Shown one piece after another: positions 17,936-27,454 of a stretch of 64,000 bases of DNA (position 1 is its first letter; each line of letters begins with the position of its first letter). The stretch spans positions 160,001-224,000 of the forward strand of contig CAWHAE010000019.1 of assembly GCA_963827235.1 (NCBI GenBank), given 5' to 3'. Both the position numbers and the translations under genes were made by a program. The DNA comes from an uncultured bacterium. GTDB taxonomy: Bacteria; Chloroflexota; UBA5177; JANWHV01. The notes under the pieces are model-generated. The model saw only the letters and a program-made list of their open reading frames with translations. It was not told the origin of the DNA and did not search any database.

Positions 17936-17987
17936 CGTGTTTCACCGTGGCTCGAGTATAGCTGTGCCTGGAAAGCGAGCAAGCATG

Positions 17988-18030
17988 GCCGCGCTCCCTG
18001 GGATGTCTTGCGAGTCCCAGGGAGCGCGGC
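17988..18030. terminator. Perfect 16-bp inverted repeat between convergent genes
   Basis: GCCGCGCTCCCTGGGA / TCCCAGGGAGCGCGGC with an 11-nt loop; no U-tract. Confidence 0.5.
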
Positions 18031-18053
18031 GCCAGGAGTACTGGGATGGAAGG

Positions 18054-18500
18054 CTAGCAGAGGCCTTCACCCACGGTCACGTACACCACGTTGCTGCGGT
18101 TGCCGTTAGTGAGATCCACGGCACGAACCGACACGCGCTCCAGCACGCACTTCACGACCCGCGGCGGCATGCTGACCGCGATCCTGCCACCAGGTATCAC
18201 CAGGTCGTACTGGCATGGGTTCGAGGAAGAGCACTTGGGTGGCGGTGGCGGGGGCAGGATGATGGCGCGCGTGGCAGTGGTGAACACCCGCTGGCCGAGC
18301 GAGTCCAGGACCTCTACGCGGTCGCCGGAGCCGAAACCGTAGCCGGAAACATGAATGGTTGTTCCGCTCGTCACCGAGGCACTGATCTCGGGCAGCCCGG
18401 ACGCGTGAGCCGCCAGGGGCTGGAGCGCTGTGAGCCCCAGAACTGCACTGATTGCCAACCCACCGAGAAACCGTGACCGAGAACCGTGTAGTGCTGCCAT
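18054..18500 (-). CDS. Secreted hypothetical protein with a polyproline stretch
   Basis: Signal peptide ending PLAAHA; Ig-like VSGYGFGSGDRVEV; PPPPPP; RBS AGAGGG. Confidence 0.65.
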   Translation of the reverse strand: MAALHGSRSRFLGGLAISAVLGLTALQPLAAHASGLPEISASVTSGTTIHVSGYGFGSGDRVEVLDSLGQRVFTTATRAIILPPPPPPKCSSSNPCQYDLVIPGGRIAVSMPPRVVKCVLERVSVRAVDLTNGNRSNVVYVTVGEGLC

Positions 18501-18795
18501 GACTCGACCCTCTTTCTGCTGCGCTTGCACCTCTCATCCGGTGCATAATGCAACTCTAGAGCCGAGATATTGCCTGGCCGTTTCCGAGATACAAGCGATA
18601 ATAAACAGTTTGTAATAGTTTTATTCAGTCGCCGGCAGGGCGTGGTAGAGCTGAACGACCGCGCTCTGGCTGCGGCGCCCGCGCTCAGCGTCCCAGACGG
18701 AGACGTGCTTCGGGCAGGCAGGTGAACCCGGTTCCGCCTTCGCGTGGCAAACGTCTCGGGCAGCTGCCTCCGCGGCTGATCCAGCACCTCGAAGC

Positions 18796-19749
18796 TCAGC
18801 GATAGAGCGCCAGCGTATCGATCAGGAGGTCGTAGAAGACGTCCACGTCGATATCCATGCCGACCTCTGCCGTGGCAGGCTCGCCGGTTACGTGCCGCAG
18901 GTCGCAGAGGGTGCGCCCGTAGGACGGGCCATGGCTGATGTCGATCTCCACGTGTGCCGGCCGCGTCCGCACGATGCCCGGGCGAATGACCTGCGCCACC
19001 GCGCAGGGGTCGTGCAGCGGCGGCCCGGCCAGCCCGTACGTCTCGCGATAGCGCCCGCCGAAAAAGTCGAGCCACCCGATAACCAGCGCCGCGATCGGCG
19101 TGTTCAGGACGGCGATGCGGGCCAGGCGGTCCGGCTTGGCGATCGTCTGCAGCGTGACGTCGAGTCCGACCATGGTGAGGGGCACGCCGCTGCCGAACAC
19201 GATGTGCGCTGCCTCGGGGTCGGCAAAGATGTTGAACTCCGCCGCGGGCGTGGTGTTGCCCAGGCCCGCGGAGCCGCCCATCAGCACGATTCGCTCGATG
19301 CGGCCCAGGATCGCCGGATTCAGCCTCATCGCAACGGCGACATTCGTGAGGGGTCCGGTTGGGATCAGTGTGATCGGCCGCTCGGACTCCAGCAGGGTGG
19401 CAATCAGCAGGTCGACGGCATGGCGCGGCGAGGGTTGGATAGTGATCTCCGGCAGAGCCGGCCCGTCGAGCCCGGTGCGGCCGTGGATGTGGCCGGCTAC
19501 TATGCGCGACCGCACCAACGGCCGATCCATGCCGCCCGCCACCGGCACGTCGTGCACGCCCGCGGCGCTGAGCACGGCCAGCGCGTTGCGCAGCGTGTTG
19601 TCGAGCGTCTGATTCCCGGCTACGACCGTGACCAGGCGCAGGTCGAGCTTCGGTGAGCCGGCGGCAAGAAGCAAAGCGATTGCGTCGTCGTGGCCAGGAT
19701 CGCAGTCCATGATCACGGGAGTGGCGTCCGCGGATTTCTCGGTGCTCAC
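18796..19749 (-). CDS. Nucleoside hydrolase (RihA/IunH family)
   Basis: DCDPGHDD, GPLTN, MGG, AEFNIFADPEAA, LHDPCA. Confidence 0.95.
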   Translation of the reverse strand: MSTEKSADATPVIMDCDPGHDDAIALLLAAGSPKLDLRLVTVVAGNQTLDNTLRNALAVLSAAGVHDVPVAGGMDRPLVRSRIVAGHIHGRTGLDGPALPEITIQPSPRHAVDLLIATLLESERPITLIPTGPLTNVAVAMRLNPAILGRIERIVLMGGSAGLGNTTPAAEFNIFADPEAAHIVFGSGVPLTMVGLDVTLQTIAKPDRLARIAVLNTPIAALVIGWLDFFGGRYRETYGLAGPPLHDPCAVAQVIRPGIVRTRPAHVEIDISHGPSYGRTLCDLRHVTGEPATAEVGMDIDVDVFYDLLIDTLALYR

Positions 19750-20426
19750 TGGCAGTCTCCCGCGTGTACGACCCAGACCCAGGCGGCGAGGGAGGTGTCC
19801 AGGTCGGCCGGGGCAGCCTGCTCCTCAACCTGCAGGTCCATGTGCTTCCCCGATCGCGCTCGCAGACGAAGCGTGGTGGCGGGCTGCACGTGGAGCGCGG
19901 CATAGTCCCGCATCCACTCCGCGCGATGCTCCGCCAGCTCGGACACGGCGAGCACGCGCAGCCTGGCGGACAGCGGCGCCGTGGCCAGGGCAAAAGCACC
20001 CTGATCGCGAAAGTAGGCGGCGGCATCGAATCCCGGCCGCGGAATGGGATTGCCGTGCGGACAAAAACGGGGCTGCGAAAGCCGGCGGTCGATCTGTTCC
20101 TGGACCACATCGGTGAGCCCGCGCTCGAACTGCCGTGCCTGCTCGTGCGCTTCGGCCCAATCCACGCCCAGCACGTCGACCAGAAATCTCTCCGACAAAC
20201 AGTGGCGGCGCACGCCCTCTTCCGCGCGAGCCCGGCCGCTGTCGGTCAAGCTGATGTTCCGCTCCGCGTACTCGATCAAACCGTCTCGCTCGAGACGGCT
20301 GATGGTAGCGCCTGCCGCGGCGCGCGACACGCCGAACAGGCCTGCCAGGGTGGTAGCGTGCACCACGTGCCCTTCGGCTTGCAGCGAGTAGATTGCCTCG
20401 AGGTAGTCGCCCACGACCGTACGCAC
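19746..20426 (-). CDS. DtxR/MntR family metal-dependent regulator with FeoA-like C-terminus
   Basis: DYLEAIYSL, RRHCLSERFLVDVLG, AHEQA..FE, CPHGNPIP; overlaps the nucleoside hydrolase start. Confidence 0.88.
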   Translation of the reverse strand: MRTVVGDYLEAIYSLQAEGHVVHATTLAGLFGVSRAAAGATISRLERDGLIEYAERNISLTDSGRARAEEGVRRHCLSERFLVDVLGVDWAEAHEQARQFERGLTDVVQEQIDRRLSQPRFCPHGNPIPRPGFDAAAYFRDQGAFALATAPLSARLRVLAVSELAEHRAEWMRDYAALHVQPATTLRLRARSGKHMDLQVEEQAAPADLDTSLAAWVWVVHAGDCQ

Positions 20427-20515
20427 GCCTTTTGCCCCCTTACCGCCTCAGTATGGCCTTTCAGACGATTTGGGCGCAAGCACGAATCTTGGCAATAGGA
20501 AGCATTTGGGCGGCA

Positions 20516-20544
20516 TTGACGCGCTACGCGCGGCGGCCTATCCT
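20516..20544 (+). promoter_or_regulatory. Sigma70-type promoter of tRNA-Leu
   Basis: TTGACG-17 bp-TATCCT, 22 bp upstream of the tRNA. Confidence 0.65.
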
Positions 20545-20566
20545 GAATGGGCAACATTCTGTCCGG

Positions 20567-20649
20567 GCCGAAGTGGCGGAACGGTAGACGCGGCGGTCTC
20601 AAAAACCGTTGAGGACAACCTCGTGTGGGTTCGAATCCCACCTTCGGCA
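20567..20649 (+). tRNA. tRNA-Leu (CAA), CCA not encoded
   Basis: Acceptor GCCGAAG/CTTCGGC, D-arm GCGGAACGGTAGACGC, anticodon loop CTCAAAA, long variable arm GAGGACAACCTC, T-loop GGTTCGAATCC, discriminator A. Confidence 0.96.
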
Positions 20650-20672
20650 CTGCAACTTGCCGGCGGGCACCC

Positions 20673-20897
20673 CTACGAGCCGAGCTGCATGATGGCGACG
20701 ATCAGCGGAATGCCGATCGCCAGCAGCAGGATGCCGAAACACATGGTCACGATAGCCGTCCGCCGCCGGGCGAGCCTCAGGTGACGGTCGAGATCCGAGC
20801 CGTCGCCCACTGCCAAGGCCCGGCGAAGATTATGGACGCCGGCCACAAGGAAGAGCAGGCCGGGGAGCAGGATGGCGACCGGCATGTGCGCGATCAC
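20673..20897 (-). CDS. Small two-TM membrane protein
   Basis: Two hydrophobic helices; start overlaps the stop of the upstream GT9 gene (GTGA). Confidence 0.55.
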   Translation of the reverse strand: MIAHMPVAILLPGLLFLVAGVHNLRRALAVGDGSDLDRHLRLARRRTAIVTMCFGILLLAIGIPLIVAIMQLGS

Positions 20898-22096
20898 GGC
20901 TCGTGCCCCAGCACTGTGAGCGCCGCGCCCAGCACCTCGCTGACCGTGACGTCAATCATGCACGACGGCTGCCCGTAGGGGCACTCCGCTGTCGCGCGCA
21001 GCGTGTAGCACGGGCTGCATCCCAAACCCCGGCGGATGACCACCGCGGGCTGTCCTGCACGTGGCGTGGGTCCATAGATGGCGGGGTCGGTCGGACCGTA
21101 GATCGAGACCGTCGGTCGCCCTAGCGCCACGGCCAGATGGAGAGGCCCGCTGTCGCCGCTGATTACCAGGTCGCAGCGCGCAAGCACCGCCAGCAGCTCG
21201 TCCAGGTTCGTCTCTCCGGTCAGCACGATCGGCTGCCGGCACATGCGCGCCGCGATGTCGGCGGCGATGCCGCGCTCGCTTTCGGAGCCGGTCAGAATGA
21301 CTTTGAAGCCGTGTACACCGATCATGTCGTCGGCCAGCGCCGCCCAGTGCGAGGCGGGCCAGCGCTTGGCGGTGCCGTTGATCGCGCCTCCGTGAATGCC
21401 GACCACTACGTCGGCCTGACCGACGCCCAGGAGACGCAAGCGGTCCTGCATATGCTCCGCAGCCCGCCGGTCGACGCCAAGAACCGGCACGCGCGGTCGC
21501 CCATCCGCGCCCGCAGCCGCCGCCAGATCGAGATCCCAGCGTATCTCGTGCCGGCGACGGGCAAACCGCCCTCCCGCCACCGGATCGGTCAGCGCGAACG
21601 GGTAGGCTTCACGCCTGTAGCCCACCCGGCGGCGGGCGCCGCTTGCCAGTGCTAGCAGGCTTGCCATCCTGCCGTAGAGGCTGACGCAGAGGTCGAATCG
21701 TTGCCGGCGCAGCCGGGCAATCGTGCTCACGAATACCACGTAGGTACTTACCCTGCACAGGTTCCGTGGACTGCGAATGCTCTTCATATCCAGCACGACT
21801 GCCTCGTCGACGAAGGGGAACTGGCGAGGGATGGCCACCGTGTAGGGCTGGGTGAGCATAGTGATGCGCGCTGCGGGGTAACGCTCGTGCAGAGCTTCCA
21901 CGGCCGTCATCGAATTGAGCACGTCGCCCAGCAGATCGAGCCGGATGACCAGGATTCGCCGCATTGTCGCGGTGTCGATCGGTGTGCGCGGCCGGCCGAG
22001 GTGCCGCAAGCGGCCGCCGAATCCTACCGCGGCGATTAGCACGTAGAAAACTGCCTCCAGGAGATGCTTGAGCCGGAGTTTGAGGAAGCGTTTCAC
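20894..22096 (-). CDS. Glycosyltransferase family 9 (heptosyltransferase WaaF-like)
   Basis: ILVIRLDLLGDVL, KRWP, SGDSGPLHLAVALG, IYGPT, CSPC. Confidence 0.9.
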   Translation of the reverse strand: MKRFLKLRLKHLLEAVFYVLIAAVGFGGRLRHLGRPRTPIDTATMRRILVIRLDLLGDVLNSMTAVEALHERYPAARITMLTQPYTVAIPRQFPFVDEAVVLDMKSIRSPRNLCRVSTYVVFVSTIARLRRQRFDLCVSLYGRMASLLALASGARRRVGYRREAYPFALTDPVAGGRFARRRHEIRWDLDLAAAAGADGRPRVPVLGVDRRAAEHMQDRLRLLGVGQADVVVGIHGGAINGTAKRWPASHWAALADDMIGVHGFKVILTGSESERGIAADIAARMCRQPIVLTGETNLDELLAVLARCDLVISGDSGPLHLAVALGRPTVSIYGPTDPAIYGPTPRAGQPAVVIRRGLGCSPCYTLRATAECPYGQPSCMIDVTVSEVLGAALTVLGHEP

Positions 22097-22097
22097 G

Positions 22098-23285
22098 TCA
22101 GATCTCCGCCGCGGCCATCACGCTGCTGCAGGCGGCCAGCACGTCGTCGACCGCGATCGCCCGCATGCAGGGCGGCGGTCCGTCGGAGCCCGGCTCCAAT
22201 CGGCAGCAGTCGAGCCGGCGACACGGCCTGCACGGCAGCTCTGTGGCAACCACGACATGCCGCTCGCGATCGTCCCAGGGCCCGAACTGAGCCGGATCGG
22301 CCGGCCCGAACAGGACGACGCTGGGCGTGCCGGCGACAACCGCGAGATGAAGCGCCCCGTTGTCGACGCCTACGACCAGGCCGGCTCGCCGGAGCACGAC
22401 CTCGAGCTCTCCCCAGCTCAAGCGGCCCGCAAGGTTGAGCGCGCCGTCGGGCAGGCGGGCGCAGAGCTCGGCTGCCTTCTCGGCCTCGCCGGGGCTGCCG
22501 GTCACGACCAGGCGCTCGGCCAGCCGTTCCCGCAGCAGTGCCGTACCGAGCTCCGCGAAACGGTCCATGGGCCAAGACTTGAGCGCCGAGCCCGATCCCG
22601 GGTGGAGCACCGCATAGCGCGGCGTTTCCAGGCCGGCTTCGCGCAACAGAAGCGTTGCCTCCACGTCGTCGGCAAAGGTGGCGGCGGATACGAGCGCTGG
22701 TGGCCCGGACGCGTTCTCGCGCTCGCGGAGGGGCGGCAGACCAAGAAATGCCTCCACCAGATCCAGTGCTTCCTGGGCTGCATGACGCCCCGGCACGTAT
22801 GCCACGGCCTCGCTCAGGAAGGGCAGCGTCTCGTCGGTCGCGTACCCCATTCGCAGCGGAATACCGGCCAGTGCGGCTAGCCAGGCGCCCCACCAGTGGT
22901 CCGGCCGCAGGATCAGGGCGGCATCGAAGGAGTGCCGGCGGCGAAGCAGCAATGCCCAGGAGAGCAGCAGGCGGTACGGCCGCTCGTGCGAGCCGGCCCC
23001 GCGATTGAACCCGGGAAAAGGACAGATCAGCACCTCGAAGCCCGAATGCGTGCCCAGGGCAGCGCGGCTCCAGGGTCCCACTGCCACGGTAAGACGAGTG
23101 CGCGGTAGCGCCCGGCGCAGACGCTCGATCGCCGGGCGGCTGAGCAACACGTCTCCCAGGTGGTCGGGCCGGATCACCAGTACGGACCGCGGCGGGGCGG
23201 AGCCCCGGCCGCGGCCTCGCTGCACAAGGCGTAGCACGCGGCCGCAGCAGCGCAGCAGGGCCAGCCGCAGGCGTTGCTTCAGCAC
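22098..23285 (-). CDS. Glycosyltransferase family 9
   Basis: VLVIRPDHLGDVL, HPGSG..LKSWP, GVDNGALHLA, LFGPAD, CRPC; GTG start overlaps the upstream stop. Confidence 0.9.
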   Translation of the reverse strand: MLKQRLRLALLRCCGRVLRLVQRGRGRGSAPPRSVLVIRPDHLGDVLLSRPAIERLRRALPRTRLTVAVGPWSRAALGTHSGFEVLICPFPGFNRGAGSHERPYRLLLSWALLLRRRHSFDAALILRPDHWWGAWLAALAGIPLRMGYATDETLPFLSEAVAYVPGRHAAQEALDLVEAFLGLPPLRERENASGPPALVSAATFADDVEATLLLREAGLETPRYAVLHPGSGSALKSWPMDRFAELGTALLRERLAERLVVTGSPGEAEKAAELCARLPDGALNLAGRLSWGELEVVLRRAGLVVGVDNGALHLAVVAGTPSVVLFGPADPAQFGPWDDRERHVVVATELPCRPCRRLDCCRLEPGSDGPPPCMRAIAVDDVLAACSSVMAAAEI

Positions 23286-24454
23286 GGGCGGCCCTCCTGG
23301 AGAAGCTCGTGACAGGCGGAAGCTACCGTGGCGGCCGGCAGGCCGCGCATGCAGGCGTGCCGGTTTGGACAGGGGGGAAAGCGGCCGTGCACGAAGCACG
23401 GACTGCAGGGAATGTCGAGTCGCACGAGTCGCGAGCGAATGTCGTATGGGCGGTACAGATGCGCCGGCGTGGGCCCGAACACGGCCACCACCGGGCAGCC
23501 TACGGCAACAGCTAGGTGCATCGGTCCCGAATCGTTTCCCACGTAGAGCAGGCAGCGCTGGAAGAACGCCGCTCGCTCGGCAAACGGAATGGCACCGGTG
23601 AGATCGACAGGCGGCACGCGCATCGCCGCGCGCATCGCCCGGCACACGGCCTCGTCTTGTGGACCGCCCACGATCGCGATCTGCGCCCCTTCGGTCTCGT
23701 GCAGGTGGTCGGCGATCTCGGCGAAGCGCTCGGGCAGCCATCGTTTTTCGGGCAGGTCCATGCCCGGGTTGGTGCCGCCGCCCGGCGCGATGGCGATAAC
23801 CCTGGAGCCCAGGTCGCGCTGCTGCCAGAGCAGTTCGGTGGCTTGCACGGCCTGCGCTCCCGGCACAAAGCGCAGGCGCTGGCCGTCCGTCGGGCAGCCG
23901 AGCGCGCCGGCAACGCTGAGATACAGGTCTGCCTCGTGCATCGACTCGTTCCACGGCACACCAACATTGAGGGCGAACCCGCGTCCGGCGCTGTCGATGC
24001 CGGCACGCACCCCTATGCCGGCCAGCAGCGGCAGGACAGTGAACAGCGGCGAACGTTCCAGGACCAGGCAGATATCGTAGCGTCCCGAGCGCAAGCGCGT
24101 CAGGAGGCGGACCACGGAACGCCGGTCCCGTCCGGCGCCCGGTCCCGCGTCCACGATCGCGGCGACGTCCGGATGGCCCTCGATTGCCGGTCGAGCGTGG
24201 CGGCCCACGGCAAAGTCGATGGCGCATTCGGGAAAGCGCATGCGCAGGGCGGCGATCACGGGCGTCGCCATCAGCACGTCGCCCAGGCAGCACGGCTTGA
24301 TCACCACGATGCGGCACGGGCCCACGGGCATCCGAGGGTTGGACATGAACGGCCGGAGTACGGCGCGCAGGATGGTGAAACAGGTGGTGAGGAAGCGCTC
24401 ACGCCGGGGGCGGCCGGCGGCGGGTCGCACGATCAGGGGCCTGCACTCGTCCAT
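23279..24454 (-). CDS. Glycosyltransferase family 9 (heptosyltransferase II-like)
   Basis: IVVIKPCCLGDVLMATP, APGGG...KRW, GNDSGPMHLA, FGPT, CSPC. Confidence 0.9.
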   Translation of the reverse strand: MDECRPLIVRPAAGRPRRERFLTTCFTILRAVLRPFMSNPRMPVGPCRIVVIKPCCLGDVLMATPVIAALRMRFPECAIDFAVGRHARPAIEGHPDVAAIVDAGPGAGRDRRSVVRLLTRLRSGRYDICLVLERSPLFTVLPLLAGIGVRAGIDSAGRGFALNVGVPWNESMHEADLYLSVAGALGCPTDGQRLRFVPGAQAVQATELLWQQRDLGSRVIAIAPGGGTNPGMDLPEKRWLPERFAEIADHLHETEGAQIAIVGGPQDEAVCRAMRAAMRVPPVDLTGAIPFAERAAFFQRCLLYVGNDSGPMHLAVAVGCPVVAVFGPTPAHLYRPYDIRSRLVRLDIPCSPCFVHGRFPPCPNRHACMRGLPAATVASACHELLQEGRPC

Positions 24455-24620
24455 ACGTGCGGACAAGTGTACCGCACCGGCCGCGAAACCGGTCGCCCGC
24501 CGCTTGCTTGTCCGCTGCCGTGCCTGTAGAATCCTAGCGGACTGCCGGGGTCTACTCCCGCGCGCCGCGGGGCCGCCTCGAGCATGTGTCGCGCGTTTGG
24601 CTGCAACAAGGAGGCACGGC

Positions 24621-25640
24621 ATGGCCTCGTGGCTGCAAGCGCTTAACGAGGATCCTCTTCCCTGGCTACTGGAGGACAGCACACCTGCAGTCCGGCATCT
24701 GGCGCTGCGCCACCTCTTGGGGCGCACGGCGGACGATCCCGAGGTGGCCGCGGCCCGCGCCGAGGCGATGGAGACTGCTCCGATTGCTCCCATTCTCGCC
24801 GCCCAGAATCCGGCCGGTTTCTGGGTCAAGCCGGGCCCGGGCTACGGACCCAAGTATCGCGGCACGGTCTGGCAGCTGATCTTCCTTGATCAGATGGGCG
24901 CGGATGGCACGGATCCCCGGGTGCACGCTGCTTGCGCCTACGTGCTTGCGCATACACAGTCCGTGAGCGGCGGCTTCGTCGCGTCGGGGAGCACGACGGA
25001 GGCGCCTCCGCCGCCTTCCTTTGCCATCCATTGCCTGCATGGTAACTTGCTGCGCGCGTTGATCGGCTTTGGCTGGCAGGTGGACGAGCGCGTGCGGCAC
25101 GCCGTGGAGTGGCAGGCGATGGCGATCACTGGGGATGACTTTGGCTGGTACTTCCAGTCGGGCACGTCCGGGCCGCGATTCTCCTGTGCGGCAAACGGGC
25201 ATCTGCCCTGCGCATGGGGTGCGGTCAAGGCCCTCTCGGCACTGGCGCGGGTTCCGGCGTCGCAGCGCACGCCGCTGGTCGAGCGATCGCTCCGGGAGGG
25301 CGTCGAGTTTCTGCTCGGCGTCGACCCGCTCTCGGCCGCCTACCCTGCCGGCCGTCGCTCCACGACGCCGAGCTCGTCGTGGTTCAAGCTCGGCTTTCCC
25401 GGTGGCTACATCGCCGACGTGCTTGAGAATCTGGAGGTCCTGTGCGAGCTGGGGTATGCCGGGGATCGACGCATCGAGCCGGCGGTCGAGTGGCTCCTCG
25501 GCAAGCAGGATGGCCACGGGCGCTGGAAGAACGAGCATGCCTATACGGGAAAGACCTGGGAAAACATCGAGAGGCAGGGGCGACCCAGCAAATGGGTCAC
25601 GCTCCGCGCCTGCCGCGTGATCGCGGCGGCCCGCTGTTGA
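24621..25640 (+). CDS. Prenyltransferase/squalene-cyclase repeat (alpha/alpha barrel) protein
   Basis: DPLPWLLE, ILAAQNPAGFW, WLLGKQDGHGRW (QW-like repeats), PSKWVTLRA; AAGGAGG RBS. Confidence 0.75.
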   Translation: MASWLQALNEDPLPWLLEDSTPAVRHLALRHLLGRTADDPEVAAARAEAMETAPIAPILAAQNPAGFWVKPGPGYGPKYRGTVWQLIFLDQMGADGTDPRVHAACAYVLAHTQSVSGGFVASGSTTEAPPPPSFAIHCLHGNLLRALIGFGWQVDERVRHAVEWQAMAITGDDFGWYFQSGTSGPRFSCAANGHLPCAWGAVKALSALARVPASQRTPLVERSLREGVEFLLGVDPLSAAYPAGRRSTTPSSSWFKLGFPGGYIADVLENLEVLCELGYAGDRRIEPAVEWLLGKQDGHGRWKNEHAYTGKTWENIERQGRPSKWVTLRACRVIAAARC

Positions 25641-25802
25641 CCCGCTTGCCTTGAGGTCGGCTGGGCAGCCGTGGGTTCGGTCCGGAAGCCCACGGAGCGC
25701 TCACGCTCGGGCGGGGAACGCCGCACGCTGAGTGGCTAGATGCAAGCCACGCCGGGAGCGGCACTGGTGGCGAACACGCACTCGATGCCCCAGGATGAAT
25801 CC

Positions 25803-27304
25803 CTTATCATTGCCCACATTTAGCGAGCCGGCAAATGGGCGGTCTGGGGAGCGAACAGCGTGTAGAGGTCGACGAGGTGCGAGAGGTACTGGAAGCCGCG
25901 CCAGAGCACCTTGGGTCCGGGCTGGCCATCGCTCGTGCGGCCGATAAAGCCGCCGAGTTGGGCAATCCAGCGGACGGCCTGGGCCAGGGTCGGTGGGGAG
26001 GCGGGCAGGGTGGTGGTCTTGTGGATGGCGCAGTAGAGAGCCTGCCACTCCGCGGGGGCCAGCAGCACGGTACAGGGCTGGTCGGGGTGGCTGCGGGCCA
26101 GCAGGGTGGCCGAGAGCACCTTCCAGGCGATCACGCTGAAGAGGGCCAGGGCGCGCTGCAGGGCGGCCCGGCGCTCCAGTTGGCGGGCCTCCAGGGCACA
26201 GCCGCTCTTGAGCACGAAGTGCCAGCGCTCGATCACCCAGCGGCAGGCGTAGTCGTCCAGCAGCCCGGCCGCCGCTGCCCCGTCGGGGAGGGGTAGCGTG
26301 GTCAGCAGCAGCCAGTCCAGCGGCGCCACATCCGGCGGCGGCTGGTCTTCATGCGCCCACAGGACCCAGAGCGTCACCGGCGTCAAGGTGCTGCCGGCGC
26401 GCCGCTTGGGCGCCGGGAAGGTCAACTGCTGCCACCGGACCTGCAGCGTGGCCGTCCGGGCCGGGCGACCATCCTGGCGTTGCACCACCACCTGCCGGGT
26501 GCTGCCGACCGGCTGCGCGGCCAGGCTGGCCCGCAGGTGGCCCACCGCCGCGTCCACCCGACGGTCGTAGCTGGCCCGCACCAGCAGATCCACGTTGGGC
26601 GCGCGCTCGGCACCGAAGAGCTCGAAGACGTCCGCCTCGCGGTCAGCCACGCTGACGAACTGGGTCTGCGGGCACTGCACGGCCAGGGCATTCAGGCGCG
26701 CCAGGCCCGTCAGCCACTTCTGGCTCTCCTTCTCGCCGATCGGCCGCTGCTTGCGCTGGTGCTTCTTCCCCTTGCTGCCCGCCTCCCGCACCCAGTCCTC
26801 TTGCGCCAAGAGCCCGACCGGCACGCCGTCCGGTGCCACCGCCAGCGTGCTGTGCACCAGCAGCCCGTAGCCGTAGCCGTAGCCATCGCCGATGTACCCC
26901 AAGTCCCGTGTGGCCGGATGGTGCGAGTAGTCCAACGTCGTGGTGTCCTGCACCGCCAGCACCCGCGGGACCCCCTCCAGACGCTCCAGCGTCTGCTGGA
27001 CGTGGCTGGCCAGCATCGCCGCTGGCTGCACCGCCTCGTTCTCCAGCAGCCGGTACGCCGCCTTGAGTTGTGCCCCATCCCCGCAGGCCTCGGGCAGCGA
27101 GGCCGCCGGCCGCTCCCCGAGCACACTGGCCAGCTCGACCAACCGGTCCGTCCGCCGCAAATCCCCCAGCGCTGCGCCGCCAAACTCCTCGATCGCCCAC
27201 TCCGCCGCCCGCATCGTCCCTTGCCTCCCCGTGCTCGGTACCTCCCGCTTTCTCTCTACCCTACCACCCCATGCCGTACCTGCCGATTTGTGGGCAATCT
27301 TAAG
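25803..27304 (-). mobile_element. IS4 family (IS50/Tn5-like) insertion sequence, 1502 bp
   Basis: Terminal IRs CTTATCATTGCCCACA / CTTAAGATTGCCCACA (14/16); 10-bp target duplication GGATGAATCC at 25793-25802 and 27305-27314. Confidence 0.92.
25820..27214 (-). CDS. tnp: IS4 family transposase
   Basis: WAIEEFGGAALGDLRRTDRL DNA-binding domain, QDTT, ADREAD, YxxRWxIExWHxxLKSG (YREK), LGGFIGRTSDGQPGPKVLWRG dimerisation domain. Confidence 0.95.
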   Translation of the reverse strand: MRAAEWAIEEFGGAALGDLRRTDRLVELASVLGERPAASLPEACGDGAQLKAAYRLLENEAVQPAAMLASHVQQTLERLEGVPRVLAVQDTTTLDYSHHPATRDLGYIGDGYGYGYGLLVHSTLAVAPDGVPVGLLAQEDWVREAGSKGKKHQRKQRPIGEKESQKWLTGLARLNALAVQCPQTQFVSVADREADVFELFGAERAPNVDLLVRASYDRRVDAAVGHLRASLAAQPVGSTRQVVVQRQDGRPARTATLQVRWQQLTFPAPKRRAGSTLTPVTLWVLWAHEDQPPPDVAPLDWLLLTTLPLPDGAAAAGLLDDYACRWVIERWHFVLKSGCALEARQLERRAALQRALALFSVIAWKVLSATLLARSHPDQPCTVLLAPAEWQALYCAIHKTTTLPASPPTLAQAVRWIAQLGGFIGRTSDGQPGPKVLWRGFQYLSHLVDLYTLFAPQTAHLPAR

Positions 27305-27454
27305 GGATGAATCCTGGGGAGGCTCATGGACCGCCAAGCGCGGAGTTCACTCCGCCTCTGCGCATTCCATCCTGGCCAGGGCGTAGACAGCGACGCTCGG
27401 CTCGAGAGTCACGGCGGAACACGGACGGCGCGTCCTGCAGTGGGCAGCGCATGG

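Larger units (their letters stand above)
25742..27377. repeat. REP-like dispersed repeat, copy A (25742-25802 plus 27315-27377, split by IS4)
   Basis: Removing the IS restores a ~125-bp unit colinear with 59842-59965 (shared GCAAGCCACGCCGGGA, CGCACTCGATGC, CAGGAT.ATCCTGGG, GCCAAGC.CGGAGTTCACTC). Confidence 0.8.

Noticed and set aside
20567-20700. tRNA-Leu as a prophage/island attachment site
   Set aside because: No integrase nearby and no duplicate of the tRNA 3' end seen in the window.
24621-25640. Nitrogenase NifH or terpene cyclase call
   Set aside because: No Walker A or Fe-S motif and no DxDD motif; only barrel repeats are supported.
26866-26886. CCGTAG tandem repeat in the transposase as a phase-variation tract
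   Set aside because: In-frame hexamer (GYGYG) with three copies; it does not alter the frame.
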